From positions 64,134-128,133 of IMG/VR virus record IMGVR_UViG_3300025316_000590: DNA of 64,000 bases. One strand, given 5' to 3'. Positions within the stretch are counted from its first letter, which is position 1, and each line of letters starts with the position of its first letter. Source of the stretch: a virus (lineage: Duplodnaviria; Heunggongvirae; Uroviricota; Caudoviricetes). The notes below the pieces were generated by a model that made no database searches, was not told where the DNA came from, and was given only the letters and a program-made list of their open reading frames with translations. Below, one piece after another: positions 19,201-28,856 of the stretch. The position numbers were made by a program, and so were the translations under genes.

Positions 19201-19490
19201 CTAAATTCGGAACAGCCGGCTACGGGGCCGAGGTTAAGTCGAAGATGGACATGTTCGCCCCCGAGAAGCAGCGTTCGGTGCAGCTTGAGGGAGCATCGGC
19301 GACTTACGACCGCATCGCCAAGTCAGCGTTCTCGCGTTCGACGCAGGATCCCGCACTTCGTATTCAGCAGCGTATTCACGATGTTATGGTGGCCCAGCAG
19401 AAAGCCCAGCAGGAGCAGATTGCGTACTCGAAGACCAGCGACCAGGCTTTGCAGTTGCTGACTAAGGGTATTACGGCCCGCGTGGGCTAG
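16272..19490 (+). CDS. Tape measure protein
   Basis: 1072 aa, helical and Ala/Lys/Glu-rich, with central hydrophobic segments and canonical position. Confidence 0.85.
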   Translation: MAHGDVDTTFEADPSPLLGAIDKSKEAFESLSNKVALVAGLAEIAFAYVTNASANHIVAMKRLSDQYDMNIKTVQAFSIAIQEQGGSAEQAMGMIQRFEMRLGQAEMGSGRLGKAIRRMGLDLDTLKSEDAATALTDVLSHINEIQGGSERMAIARQLGLGPEAIRAFQEGGEAMEEYKKKAEEMGVAIDDQKATQVLQAKLAYQELHHSLEGLAQTITIAVAPTVKMLSKTLAELVQWFTRHQFVATFAASFAGLVAGAVSVAWTIQKVIKVTETLAAVTKLSAIANLFCMATAKAKATSEVGDALATTVDTVATNANTAAKYREAAANVAVQASNPAGWVMLAVAAVAALAVAWWNAAQATDDAADKAEGAREETERLQHAQDKAAKLHESEFNKFFAGNDSTQHMSSGGEMFDSMSDSAKHAQDEVDKAFDKAHEAYDKWSKLNDEWSALPLKGPSTATVDKAGAEVDAANKEYADALEVWKQVAETKAGAIAKAMGKMWEEGMMPETMKGRKAAATALTEGMFGSPMQQIKVQERARKQLDDLIANPRAIEKLEKEASEKAGHQVHFEAGRATREMHDAQLKQAGIAPEAASEIGKLNDTIRRNVEINKLGIITTDTMIREFYKLTSTFGVTESKADAYRHQMAAIAATDWTGHEKEHQQAIDATTAKFSGVKDAAKDYNRALDDIKKSHFDKATEAKAIAKIGEEYFHVKDAVLEYQKASDAINRSNMSSDEKAKANRAHVSSTFGIKEEGQDFLQRKKELETMLAGAPSLLDRAMQEARKKAFGEGSLTATDKDTEKWRRIDELQFAGAFGNKPGTGVGDMTGEQKAAMLEMGGYKEAAEMARGGKAGVMQFELASLELHREAMTAVGYRKEQVAIMNKLAKEAGASDVRSPSEVLNETSAHIREAFDAGIFGNGPQVAALRRKLEHQADEKWSQAMGLSGEGMKASRGGVPGELADALRNLTENRAELIAKFGTAGYGAEVKSKMDMFAPEKQRSVQLEGASATYDRIAKSAFSRSTQDPALRIQQRIHDVMVAQQKAQQEQIAYSKTSDQALQLLTKGITARVG

Positions 19491-19499
19491 GAGGAATAA

Positions 19500-20906
19500 G
19501 TGTCATATTCATCGACGATATGGTGTGAGGAGATGCTGGGATCGCCCCAGGAATCTGGCAGTAACGATAAGGGCGGTTCGTTCCAGGCCACGGTGAATCT
19601 CAAGTGTGCGTGGAGTAAGCGTTACGATCTTCTTGCCGATATCATCGGCAACCAGAACCTGTATCCGCGTCTAAAGAAAAGCGGGGCTCGTGCCGTCAGT
19701 GGCACAGCCAAACCGCATCCGGGTGCTGTCAGGAACATGACGAACCCGACAGATTACGGCGGTGCCGACTACGACTTCGCCCAGGTGGATATCACCTATA
19801 AGGTGCAGGCCGAGACGAAAGATCTGATCAGCGAGACACTCACGCCCACTCTGGAAATCATGACGTTGGATTACCGGAGGTTCCGCTGGGCCACGGATAC
19901 AAGCTCTGCTGTCATTCCCGATGGTCGCTATCAGCTAATGAAGTCCGCCCTCACACAGGGATTCGGAAAGATTAACTGGGGGCGATCAGTTGATGAGGTT
20001 TTCAACGATACCGTAACCATCATCATGAACGCGTGCAAGACGAAGCCCTGCACCATTGCGATTAACACAAGCGGTGGATGCTATGCAGCGTCGGGAACCG
20101 GGCACGGACCGTACTTCAAGGACTCGGTCGCTGCCGTTCAGCCGTTGATGAACGCCGTGAGCGCAGCCCGAGACTTGGCCATCAAACCGCCACCGCGGAA
20201 CGCGAAGGAGGCGAAGGCCGCTCCGACGAGCATGGATCAGTTCACGAACATGCTCAAGACCAGCCCCATCGTCAATGCACGCGGTGTTAACGTAGCAGGC
20301 CCGCCCAACGCAAACACGCCGGTCAATGTCCAGGGCAAGGCGGCGGATATCCAGAAGGCAGTTAATAACTTTCTGGGCGGCATGACGCCACGATTCCAAA
20401 AGCTGGGTACACCGATCAATGAGAACGAAGCTCCGGGTCGGCGTATGCTGGGTCTGGACTACGGCCTGACGTTTTACAAGGTGAAAGACTTGCCGTGGTG
20501 GCTTACGTGCTACCTGGGATGCGTCAACGACGACGTTGTTATAGCCAAACTGCTGGGCCTGTCATTCGCTCCCGGCACGCTGCTGTTCGATACGCCCAAT
20601 GTCAGTCGCAAATGGAATTTCGTCGACGATCCGTACTGGCAGGTGGAGTACAAACTCAAGTTCAAGCCGCAGGGCTGGAACGTTTTTCCACGTTCCGACA
20701 TCAATAGCTGGATTCAGGATTCCAAGGGGAACAAGTATCTATCGTGCGGAGCGTTCGACTCTATGATCGTTAACTCCGGAACCGACGCAGCACCGCGGTG
20801 GGGGCCGTTCTTCCAGTATCCACCCGCTGACTTCGGCCAGATCTGGGGTATGAGTGGTGGCGGTAGCGGTACGTTCTCCACAGCATGGCCCACAGGAGGT
20901 CCGTGA
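19500..20906 (+). CDS. Distal tail / hub protein (putative)
   Basis: Follows the tape measure gene; AGGAGG RBS region. Confidence 0.55.
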   Translation: MSYSSTIWCEEMLGSPQESGSNDKGGSFQATVNLKCAWSKRYDLLADIIGNQNLYPRLKKSGARAVSGTAKPHPGAVRNMTNPTDYGGADYDFAQVDITYKVQAETKDLISETLTPTLEIMTLDYRRFRWATDTSSAVIPDGRYQLMKSALTQGFGKINWGRSVDEVFNDTVTIIMNACKTKPCTIAINTSGGCYAASGTGHGPYFKDSVAAVQPLMNAVSAARDLAIKPPPRNAKEAKAAPTSMDQFTNMLKTSPIVNARGVNVAGPPNANTPVNVQGKAADIQKAVNNFLGGMTPRFQKLGTPINENEAPGRRMLGLDYGLTFYKVKDLPWWLTCYLGCVNDDVVIAKLLGLSFAPGTLLFDTPNVSRKWNFVDDPYWQVEYKLKFKPQGWNVFPRSDINSWIQDSKGNKYLSCGAFDSMIVNSGTDAAPRWGPFFQYPPADFGQIWGMSGGGSGTFSTAWPTGGP

Positions 20907-22564
20907 TGGCGGGTGAACGATTACGCGTTCTGAGTGCGGGCGATCCCATACTGGCATCGCAGTGGAACGAGATTGTCCGCAACCTCCAGAGATCCAACAC
21001 CGAAGCGGAGGGCGTGACTGAAGACAACGGTTCGGCTCGCCGCATAAAGGCTATGCCCGCCCCGTGGATGCAGGTCAAGGTACACAACCTGCCTAATACC
21101 ACCAGCGACGACAGCAGCAGCGGCGGTATAAGCTGTGGCGCAGCCGTGGCCGTTCCCTGGCCGATGCAGTCCCCAACCGGCGACGAGGACACGCCCGACC
21201 ACGACGGGATGAACGAGCTTCTCTCCCGCCCGCTGGATATGATGGGCGTACTGCCGCATCTGGAGACTTCACCACCCAATAACGGACCGACGTCGTTCGG
21301 TAAGTTCGCGGTGACGGTCGCCGACGCCGACGAACACGATAACGCCGAGGGCGTCATGAGCGGTCCTGTGGTGGCCTGGGTCAATATCGACGAGGGCCAT
21401 GAATGGTACGGATTCGCGGATGTTGTGGACGGTAACAATCATCTGCAGGCGTATCCAATTGGTAGTGCTCAGATCATCTGGCAGCCGGTCGAAGATGACG
21501 GTGTTCCCAAGTCGGGGGCACAATTATGCGTCGTGCGTGTAGGAAACGCCCACGCGTGTACGATGCCGTTTGAGCTGCACACCAGGCTGGAGCCAAACGG
21601 AACATGCCAGGGCACGCCCATGTTCTGGGATGGTCAATCATACACCGCACAGAAGGCTGTCGACAATGGATGGCAGGAAACGCTGCACGATGATGTCAGC
21701 AAGCACAGCGACGCGTTAGTTGGTAGTGTCGTGTGGGCTCGCTGGGAGATGGGCGACGGAGGTTGCGGAAGCGGTCGCTGGGAGGTGATCTCGCATACGC
21801 CGAAGATTCGTCGCGTGCGGCTGCTCGATGATTTATATGAATGCGGTACAGCCAACGCCGTGGTGCTACGCACTATTAACGGTCAAGTGCAACCTGATCC
21901 TGATAATCCAGATATCATAGGAATCTGTGACCCGTTGGATACTGTACTGGCGAGTTTGCTTGCGATAGAGGCTACGGGTGGGTTGTTCTACGTTCCAGCG
22001 GGAACGTGTGCTTATGTTACGATCAGCGACAACCCACGGCCCGTGAGCAGCATGGGTAGCGACGTTGAGACAAGTTCATTTGCAAGCGTTCCTGATGCGA
22101 GTTCCTATAACTCGGATGCATGGTGGGAACCAATATCATTCGGGTTATGCTGCATGGAGACCAGCGGCAGCGAACAATCCGAGGGCAGTGAGGGCAGTGA
22201 GCATAGCGAACATAGCGAGGGCTCAGAAGTGTCTGGTGTGTCGGAAACCAGCATTCACGGCTGCGATTGCTGGATCGGTCTCGACGGTTGTCACCTGACA
22301 CCGCAGGTATCGCGGCAAATTCCAGACTGCAGTAAGGCATGGGTTGCCGGTCCGAACGGCGGAGGTCTGTGCGGACCATCGGGATACTCAGCACTGGTGT
22401 TTGACGACGCTGGTCACTATATGGGTTATTGGGATTGCGGTTCACACAGATACGGATATCCAGATGTTACACCAGCATGGCATTCTCCGTGGGGCCTGCC
22501 CGCACCGAAGGGATCATGGTCGTGGAACGGAACGACGTATGGTTGGGATTGGACACCGGGATAA
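20906..22564 (+). CDS. Tail tip protein (putative) with Ser/Glu/Gly repeat
   Basis: AGGAGG RBS, modular beta-rich segments, and SEQSEGSEGSEHSEHSEGSE repeat. Confidence 0.55.
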   Translation: MAGERLRVLSAGDPILASQWNEIVRNLQRSNTEAEGVTEDNGSARRIKAMPAPWMQVKVHNLPNTTSDDSSSGGISCGAAVAVPWPMQSPTGDEDTPDHDGMNELLSRPLDMMGVLPHLETSPPNNGPTSFGKFAVTVADADEHDNAEGVMSGPVVAWVNIDEGHEWYGFADVVDGNNHLQAYPIGSAQIIWQPVEDDGVPKSGAQLCVVRVGNAHACTMPFELHTRLEPNGTCQGTPMFWDGQSYTAQKAVDNGWQETLHDDVSKHSDALVGSVVWARWEMGDGGCGSGRWEVISHTPKIRRVRLLDDLYECGTANAVVLRTINGQVQPDPDNPDIIGICDPLDTVLASLLAIEATGGLFYVPAGTCAYVTISDNPRPVSSMGSDVETSSFASVPDASSYNSDAWWEPISFGLCCMETSGSEQSEGSEGSEHSEHSEGSEVSGVSETSIHGCDCWIGLDGCHLTPQVSRQIPDCSKAWVAGPNGGGLCGPSGYSALVFDDAGHYMGYWDCGSHRYGYPDVTPAWHSPWGLPAPKGSWSWNGTTYGWDWTPG

Positions 22565-22567
22565 ATC

Positions 22568-23134
22568 ATGACAGCGATGGCTTCATTACAGGTGATCGTG
22601 ATGTCGAACGGCACGCCACCGTGCAAAGAGTTGGCATTATGGCTGTCCGATAACTGCCCCGGATGGAAGTACGGGAGTGAGGACTACGGAATTGATAACG
22701 CCCGCAACCAAAACTGTGAGCGTTTTCTCGCTGATGATGTCGGTAAGTCGCATTTGATGATGATCGACCACGATATGGTTCCGGTGACCAGCACCAGTGC
22801 CATATTCACGGCGACGGAGGAACTGGTCTACTGTGGCTATGCTGATCGCTACGGGTCGAAGGGTCATTACGGCGACGGCGACTTTGGTGCTGCCTGCTTT
22901 AAGGTATCTCGCGATCTGTTAATTACAATGGGCATGCCGTGGTTTGCCACCAGATCGATTCATAGTCATCGGCAGAATTGTGAATGTAACTTCTTTCGCG
23001 TTAAAGCGGCCACGTTCGGAATCATCCCGCGCATGGTTGGCGTCGTAGGTCATCAGCAGCGGTGTATACTGTTGCCTGATCCGAAGCCTCCGGGATGGCG
23101 TATCGCTTGGCCCGGAGACATCAAACGGATATGA
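22568..23134 (+). CDS. GT-A fold glycosyltransferase-like protein
   Basis: IDNARNQNC..FL....KSHLMMIDHD (DxD-like) followed by FGAACFKVSR. Confidence 0.65.
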   Translation: MTAMASLQVIVMSNGTPPCKELALWLSDNCPGWKYGSEDYGIDNARNQNCERFLADDVGKSHLMMIDHDMVPVTSTSAIFTATEELVYCGYADRYGSKGHYGDGDFGAACFKVSRDLLITMGMPWFATRSIHSHRQNCECNFFRVKAATFGIIPRMVGVVGHQQRCILLPDPKPPGWRIAWPGDIKRI

Positions 23135-24540
23135 ACTGCGATTTCGAGACAACGCTTGAAACCGGCACACAAAATTACTGGCATGTTTGCCGCGTGTGTG
23201 CTCGCACGCGATGCACGCTAGAATCTACGCTAGTGATGCAATGTCCAGGATCATCGGTTCTGCACGGGCCACCAGTACAGGACTACTTGCCACCACAGCA
23301 GGAACGTGCGCCCATCGATGAGGCTGTGCAGCGTCTGGCGATCTGCCGAACTTGCGAACACCACCGGCGCGACGACATGAAGTACTGGTGCGATAAGTTT
23401 GATGACAATCATTCGAGTAACTACAACTGCTCGCGCTCGAAGTACGCTCGATGTACTGTGCGATTGTTGCGTCGCATGTCGACGTGCGATGAATGGTCGC
23501 GGAAACTGATCCCGCACGAGGACTCGACGATTGAAACTGCGTTTGCTCCCATGTCATCGTTGTGCCACGTATGTACGATTGATATGGGACCGATCACGAC
23601 AATTCACGAAGTTCATCGAGCCGTAGGTGAAATCATTCACAGCGATCTACAACCGCCAGCGACATTCAAACTGCCGCGATGTATTGTCACCGCTGGTGAG
23701 GGTATGTACGAAGACGGCATTGTAATCATGGTACGGCTGCTGCGTGATAACGTGAAATGTGGTATCCCGATCAAAATATTTCATAAAGGCCCGTGGCGTA
23801 CTGACCTAAGCAACTATGAGAATGTTGAGCTGATTGATACGCGTGCCATGCAGCCCGCACACCCGGCCAAGGAGTACGGTGGGTGGGCTGCCAAGACGTA
23901 TGCCGTAATGCATGCCGATGCTGAGCGTGTGATGTGGCTGGACGCGGATGCCTACCCGGTTCGTGATCCGACGCCGTTGTTCAATTTGCTAGATAATCAT
24001 CGGTATATTTTATGGGCCGACTACGGGCCGGGCGAGGCGTGCGACGAGATGCCGAACCCCGTCAGGCATCATCAGAACGGTGGCGAGTATCTAGTGAACA
24101 TGCGCACGTACTGGCGTGAGATGATGGCGACGCGGTTCCTCGATAACCATTCCCGCATCTACTGGAGCACTCGCAAGAACGGGCAGTCGTATCGCAGCAT
24201 CGGTGACGAGTGCAGCACGCGGTTGGTGCGCAGCCTGATTTCCGATAAGGGCGTGTTGACTGCCGACTGGGTTAGGCGTACACGTGGCGTCGGTATTCTG
24301 TGTTGCTGGCGTAACCATCCGTATGTAGCTCACCGCATGCGGAGGGAATCGAAGTTAATTCTAGGTCGTGTTCCGGTGAGCAATCCAAAGTGGCCATACG
24401 AGAAAGAGGTGATGCGGTACTTCGCTGAGGTATCGCCAGGATTCCCGATTCTACGCCCGGAGCATCTTGGTGATACGCGTGACGAGATGATCAAGAACCG
24501 TGAGCGACGTTTAGCCGCCGCGGGGAGAAAGTCACGATGA
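23131..24540 (+). CDS. Cys-rich N-terminal domain fused to a mannosyltransferase-like glycosyltransferase
   Basis: RCIVTAG, GWAAKTYAV..RVMWLDADAYP and ILWAD resemble MNN/GT71-like enzymes; N-terminus has CxxC clusters. Confidence 0.65.
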   Translation: MNCDFETTLETGTQNYWHVCRVCARTRCTLESTLVMQCPGSSVLHGPPVQDYLPPQQERAPIDEAVQRLAICRTCEHHRRDDMKYWCDKFDDNHSSNYNCSRSKYARCTVRLLRRMSTCDEWSRKLIPHEDSTIETAFAPMSSLCHVCTIDMGPITTIHEVHRAVGEIIHSDLQPPATFKLPRCIVTAGEGMYEDGIVIMVRLLRDNVKCGIPIKIFHKGPWRTDLSNYENVELIDTRAMQPAHPAKEYGGWAAKTYAVMHADAERVMWLDADAYPVRDPTPLFNLLDNHRYILWADYGPGEACDEMPNPVRHHQNGGEYLVNMRTYWREMMATRFLDNHSRIYWSTRKNGQSYRSIGDECSTRLVRSLISDKGVLTADWVRRTRGVGILCCWRNHPYVAHRMRRESKLILGRVPVSNPKWPYEKEVMRYFAEVSPGFPILRPEHLGDTRDEMIKNRERRLAAAGRKSR

Positions 24541-25295
24541 GGTTTTTTACATACTCGTCACTACCCCTTCAAGATAATAGAAATCTGAGCCGCAACCGAC
24601 AGCCGTGGATGATGGTGGAATCAACACAGTACTACGAGATACCGCTGGAGGTTTTGTTATGGCCCGCTGACTGGTCGGGACGAACGCACATAGCAAGAAT
24701 GATTGATGTATGCCGCAGCGTTCCGAGAAACGAAATCATATTATTTAGCGACGGATGGGATGTGTTCTACAACGCCGGCCCGCAGGAAATTCTAGACAAG
24801 TTTCTGGCCGCAGATACGCCGGTGTTGTTGCATGCAGAGCGTCAGTACTGGTCTGGGTGCGAGGATCCAAATTTCCCGCATCCCAGGTCGCCGACGAGCT
24901 TCGGTCACGTTAACGGAGGTGGTGTTGTAGCCTACGCGGGTGCGTTCGCCGACATACTGTCAGCTCCGGACTTCTGGCCCGCTGCCGCAGGCAATAACCA
25001 GATGGCACTGGAGCATTGGTACGATCATCACCCAGATACATGCAAGCTCGATCATTACTGCCATGTATTTCAGTGGTACTATTCAGGAGTTGCTGTCGAC
25101 GTGGTGGGCGACCGCGTGGTGAACTTCGAGACGAATTCAAAGCCATCGATAATTCACGGATGCGGAGGGCACGCGTTTTGGGCATCCGAAATGTGGCGTA
25201 GGGTGCGTCAACTGTTGCCGAACCGGAACCCGCCGTTAGATCGTGTCACGCGTGCTCGCAACGACCGCCGTCGCGTTATTGCACGCCGGCGGTGA
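24537..25295 (+). CDS. PLOD-type glycosyltransferase domain protein
   Basis: IILFSDGWDVFY, VLLHAE..YW, VNGGG..AYAG and LDHYCHVFQ match the PLOD GT domain pattern. Confidence 0.7.
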   Translation: MRFFTYSSLPLQDNRNLSRNRQPWMMVESTQYYEIPLEVLLWPADWSGRTHIARMIDVCRSVPRNEIILFSDGWDVFYNAGPQEILDKFLAADTPVLLHAERQYWSGCEDPNFPHPRSPTSFGHVNGGGVVAYAGAFADILSAPDFWPAAAGNNQMALEHWYDHHPDTCKLDHYCHVFQWYYSGVAVDVVGDRVVNFETNSKPSIIHGCGGHAFWASEMWRRVRQLLPNRNPPLDRVTRARNDRRRVIARRR

Positions 25296-25961
25296 TCAGG
25301 ACGCCTGGTTCTGCAACGCCTCCTCGCGGGCAAGCTGCCGGTGCAGGCCCATGATGATATCATAGACATGTTTGTTGGGGCGGAACCGCCCGTGGCAGCC
25401 GCCGTTCACGAACTCGCCGTCGTCGCCGAAGTAGATGTTCGATAGGGCCGCAGCCGTGCCTGCTGATCGCGAGATACCGGCTTGGCAGTGAACCACAAGC
25501 ACGTCGATCTTGGGCCACACCTTGGCCGCGAATTCCAGAACCTGACGGCCCTGGTCCACCGAGAACAGCTTATCGCCGGGGCGAAGCCAGGGTGACGTCG
25601 GCGTGGCATCGTGAAACTTCAACCGCAGGATATCGACGCGGTGGGCATCGTTCAAGTCGGCGTCGCGTGAGATCGGGCTGGTGATGCTGATGCAGGCCCA
25701 CGGGCAGTGGTAGGCCGACAGGGCTTCGGCTTCCTCCTGCGACTGCACGATGATATGAGGCTTGCGGTGGGCTTTGTATTCGGCCTTGCCAACGTAATAA
25801 GTGCCGGGTCGAACGTCGATCAAGCCAGCCTCGTTCCGGGTGAAGTGCAGGCGGCGGAAGTTCTCCAAGGCCCGAGCCTGCCCACGAACCGTACCCCAGT
25901 CAAACGGGAATGTCTGGTTCTTGCGGATATAGCGTTCGATCTGGAAGGTAGCAGTAGGCAT
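25296..25961 (-). CDS. Protein-tyrosine/dual-specificity phosphatase-like protein
   Basis: CX5R loop VHCQAGISRS, preceded by LKFHD. Confidence 0.8.
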   Translation of the reverse strand: MPTATFQIERYIRKNQTFPFDWGTVRGQARALENFRRLHFTRNEAGLIDVRPGTYYVGKAEYKAHRKPHIIVQSQEEAEALSAYHCPWACISITSPISRDADLNDAHRVDILRLKFHDATPTSPWLRPGDKLFSVDQGRQVLEFAAKVWPKIDVLVVHCQAGISRSAGTAAALSNIYFGDDGEFVNGGCHGRFRPNKHVYDIIMGLHRQLAREEALQNQAS

Positions 25962-25962
25962 A

Positions 25963-26238
25963 TCAGGATTCCTTAACGTGAGCCGCTACGCGGCGAGACA
26001 GTTCGATGATGGTTTGCAACATGCCAGGACCGATGCTGGTACATGCTGGGTTCAGCTTGTCGATCTCGTCGGTCAGGCGGCGAGCGTCCACGACAAGGGC
26101 TGCGAGATCATACATCATGCCCGAAGCCAGCCAGGCCATGCGTTCTTCATTCACCAGTTCGCAGCCGGGCGTGGCCTCGCGGCCTCGCAGCCAAGCGTCG
26201 CACAGGCGTCGTAGTTCGTTGAGTTGTTCGGTGGTCAT
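25963..26238 (-). CDS. Hypothetical protein
   Basis: ORF in the minus-strand early operon. Confidence 0.6.
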   Translation of the reverse strand: MTTEQLNELRRLCDAWLRGREATPGCELVNEERMAWLASGMMYDLAALVVDARRLTDEIDKLNPACTSIGPGMLQTIIELSRRVAAHVKES

Positions 26239-26241
26239 GAC

Positions 26242-26463
26242 TTAGCTCTTTTGGTACACGGGGCAATTCGCACCGTGCGAAATCACGATGACGTACTTGG
26301 TGTCGGGGTTGGCCGGGTTCAAGCTCCAGATCACGGTCTGGCCCCATGTCTCGACGGATCCCGATGCTGAGCTGTTGATGACTTCAGCTAAGGCCGCTGA
26401 CGCGTTGGGGTTCAGTTTGTCCCGCAGGAACGCAAGCATATCAGATTTGAGTACAAGACGCAT
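26242..26463 (-). CDS. Hypothetical protein
   Basis: ORF in the operon; ATG at 26463. Confidence 0.5.
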   Translation of the reverse strand: MRLVLKSDMLAFLRDKLNPNASAALAEVINSSASGSVETWGQTVIWSLNPANPDTKYVIVISHGANCPVYQKS

Positions 26464-26816
26464 GTTGGGCTTTCTAATACCTTTCACCGCCCGAGGCGAC
26501 CACGGGTGGTTCGCGTCCTTCGCGGAGGGCCGCCTTGGTTTCATGGCGAAACTTGCGGGCGACCTTTTTCGTCGTAACCTTGACCGCGGGCAGGTGTTGA
26601 ATGCACTTGCTCCAGGGTTCGCGGCAGAGTTTGATGGGGTTGATCTTCATATCGATGTCCTGTAATCGGTGTACGCCAGTATCGCAGCACCAATGATCAT
26701 GGAAACTACACATCCCAGGGCGGGACTCCAGAACTGGGTTACCTCGGTTGTGTAGTAATGCGTGCATCCGCAAATACCGGAACCGAAAATCGTGTAGCCT
26801 ACAAATCTGGTGAACA

Positions 26817-27029
26817 CTATTCGATCTCCTTCTTGAGTCGGCGTGCGGCAAGGGCTTTGTCGACACGCTTCAGGTAGCGGCGAGACTCCGCTTTGTGCTT
26901 GGGGGACTGGTTGCTGCGAGCCTTGCCACCGCGGACGCGGAGGTTCACAGCCGAAGCCTTGCGGCCTTCCAGCTTGCCGTCCGCGACGTCGGGGCAGGGG
27001 TCGAGCTTGATGTGCTGATATGGTTTCAT
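26817..27029 (-). CDS. Small basic hypothetical protein
   Basis: AAGGAAAG RBS before MKPYQHIK. Confidence 0.6.
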   Translation of the reverse strand: MKPYQHIKLDPCPDVADGKLEGRKASAVNLRVRGGKARSNQSPKHKAESRRYLKRVDKALAARRLKKEIE

Positions 27030-27242
27030 GGTTCTTTCCTTTCGCAGGGACGCCCGCGCGCCGCCCTTCCTACTGCTCCCAAGCACGTATGCGTCCACCG
27101 TCTACTTGGCTTCAGTCGGGCGGAAAGCGGTCGTCCCCGCGTTACGCTGACTTCGCCTGCACCAAGTTTACCCAAGGCACGCGTATCCTTGGGAAGCTCC
27201 CTCGATGCAGGCGGGGTCAGCGTTCTACCTTTCTAGGTTCAG

Positions 27243-27263
27243 TATCATGCGAACCGCGTGCCG
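27243..27263 (-). promoter_or_regulatory. sigma54-type (-24/-12) promoter
   Basis: CGGCAC-GCGGT-TCGCATGATA on the minus strand. Confidence 0.75.
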
Positions 27264-27423
27264 AAACACGCAAAACCTGAATTTCATCACCAAGCTCCTC
27301 GTCGGGAGCGAAGCCGTACCGTTCCTCAAATGCTGCGAGGGCTTCGCGTTCGGCGGTCTTCAGGCTTTCGGAGGTGATCACGACTGCCCGCCCGTTGCTG
27401 CGGCATAGGTATCGGGGCATGGT

Positions 27424-27798
27424 TCATTCTCCGCACGGGCACATCGGGCCGCAAAGGTGGTCGGGGCCGCTGGTGTTCGCCTGCGGCAGGTCATACTCAG
27501 TGTTGCGGGATCCGTCCGCGTTCCAGGCGGTCGCCTCCTGCATGGCCAAGGCCCGGTCGCTGCATACGGCGGCCAAGGCGTGCCAGCCGCAGTCGTTGCT
27601 GCGGGCCATTTCATCCAGAGCCTGGAAGTTCGCCCCGATCACCGGCAGTTCATCGGTCTGCACGCACAGGCACTGGGCGATGCGGGCGATGGCAATTCGC
27701 AGCCGTATCGCGCTGTCCTCGGCGTTATTCACCGCCACTTCGGCCAAATTGCCGCGGGCCAGTTCACGCATACTTCTGCCTTGGGGAAATATGGACAC
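27424..27798 (-). CDS. Hypothetical protein
   Basis: AGGAG RBS; lies in the operon. Confidence 0.55.
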   Translation of the reverse strand: MSIFPQGRSMRELARGNLAEVAVNNAEDSAIRLRIAIARIAQCLCVQTDELPVIGANFQALDEMARSNDCGWHALAAVCSDRALAMQEATAWNADGSRNTEYDLPQANTSGPDHLCGPMCPCGE

Positions 27799-27976
27799 GG
27801 TAGTCTCCTAATGAGTTCGGTGGTTGACGGTCAGCTTTCGTCGCGGGGCTTTCCGTTTTGGTTCATCGTAATGGCTTGGAGCGATATCGAAAAGCGTCCG
27901 CTGCACGGGGGTGTCGTCGAGGCACGCTCCGATCTCACGATCAAAGCGTTCGACGCTTTCTTTCGGTGGCCAGGGC

Positions 27977-28462
27977 TTATTCATCTTTGGGCTCCTCGGT
28001 TTTGCCGTAGTACTGATCCTGCTCGGCCTCGGTCATATCATGAACGTGGATGGGCGTGGCCGAGGTGATATCCCACGTCCAGTCGCCGCTGCCGACAACC
28101 TTCAGTTGGCATGGTCCGTCACGGTGTAGGGTCTCGTGGCCGGCAATATCGGCTTCGTCTCCGTCCGTGGGCACAACGTCGGGGCCTGTGGGCTGCGGGG
28201 CAACGGTGGGCGTCCACTTGAAGCTATCGTAGAACGGGGCCAGCGTGCCCGGAACACGGCGATACACGCCGATCAGCCGCCCGCCGTCCTCAAAGCTCTC
28301 GACATACTCGTGCAGTTCGGTAGCGGCTTCAGGACCATCGCAGTAGAACAGCCGCACGTCGCCGATGATCAAAGCCAGGCCGATCCATTCGCAGTTGGGA
28401 TCGAAGTCGTAGCTGATGCCTTTGTATGTGCGGTCTTGACCGCGAACATGAATGCTTCTCAT
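27977..28462 (-). CDS. Hypothetical protein
   Basis: ATG at 28462 abuts the upstream stop codon. Confidence 0.55.
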   Translation of the reverse strand: MRSIHVRGQDRTYKGISYDFDPNCEWIGLALIIGDVRLFYCDGPEAATELHEYVESFEDGGRLIGVYRRVPGTLAPFYDSFKWTPTVAPQPTGPDVVPTDGDEADIAGHETLHRDGPCQLKVVGSGDWTWDITSATPIHVHDMTEAEQDQYYGKTEEPKDE

Positions 28463-28463
28463 A

Positions 28464-28853
28464 TCAGTCGATTTCCTCTCCGGTAAAGTGCTTAGTGCAG
28501 TACGGGCACGTCCAGTCCGCACCGAGGGGCCGGTTGACGAACGGGTCGCCTTCCATCGGGCAGCAGAACTCGCAGCCCGAGTATGCTGCGGGACGACCGT
28601 GGCAGACACTGGCTTCAGCACCGTGGCGGACACCGGCTTCAGCACCGTGAGCAAACGCCACCAGTGTATGAATCCAGTCGCGGCTAATCGGCCTGCCAGT
28701 GTTGCGAACGGCAGTGATATCGATACCGTTGCCGCCGTTACGTGCGACCTTAGCGAACGTCATATCGGTATATGTACGCCGCAGGGCGTTCAGGGTGGAT
28801 TCGGTGACGGCGTCGTTGCCGCCGTTGTAAATAGTGATCGGGGGTCGCGGCAT
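28464..28853 (-). CDS. Hypothetical protein with C-terminal Zn-ribbon-like CxxC pairs
   Basis: CEFC and CPYC motifs; AAAGGA RBS; 24-nt tandem duplication at ~28596-28649. Confidence 0.6.
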   Translation of the reverse strand: MPRPPITIYNGGNDAVTESTLNALRRTYTDMTFAKVARNGGNGIDITAVRNTGRPISRDWIHTLVAFAHGAEAGVRHGAEASVCHGRPAAYSGCEFCCPMEGDPFVNRPLGADWTCPYCTKHFTGEEID

Positions 28854-28856
28854 GGT

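Noticed and set aside
22170-22240. Ser/Glu/Gly/His repeat in the tail tip protein
   Set aside because: Simple low-complexity linker with no further evidence of function.
28596-28649. 24-nt tandem repeat as a regulatory or contingency locus
   Set aside because: Only two imperfect in-frame copies (HGAEAGVR/HGAEASVC); an ordinary small duplication.
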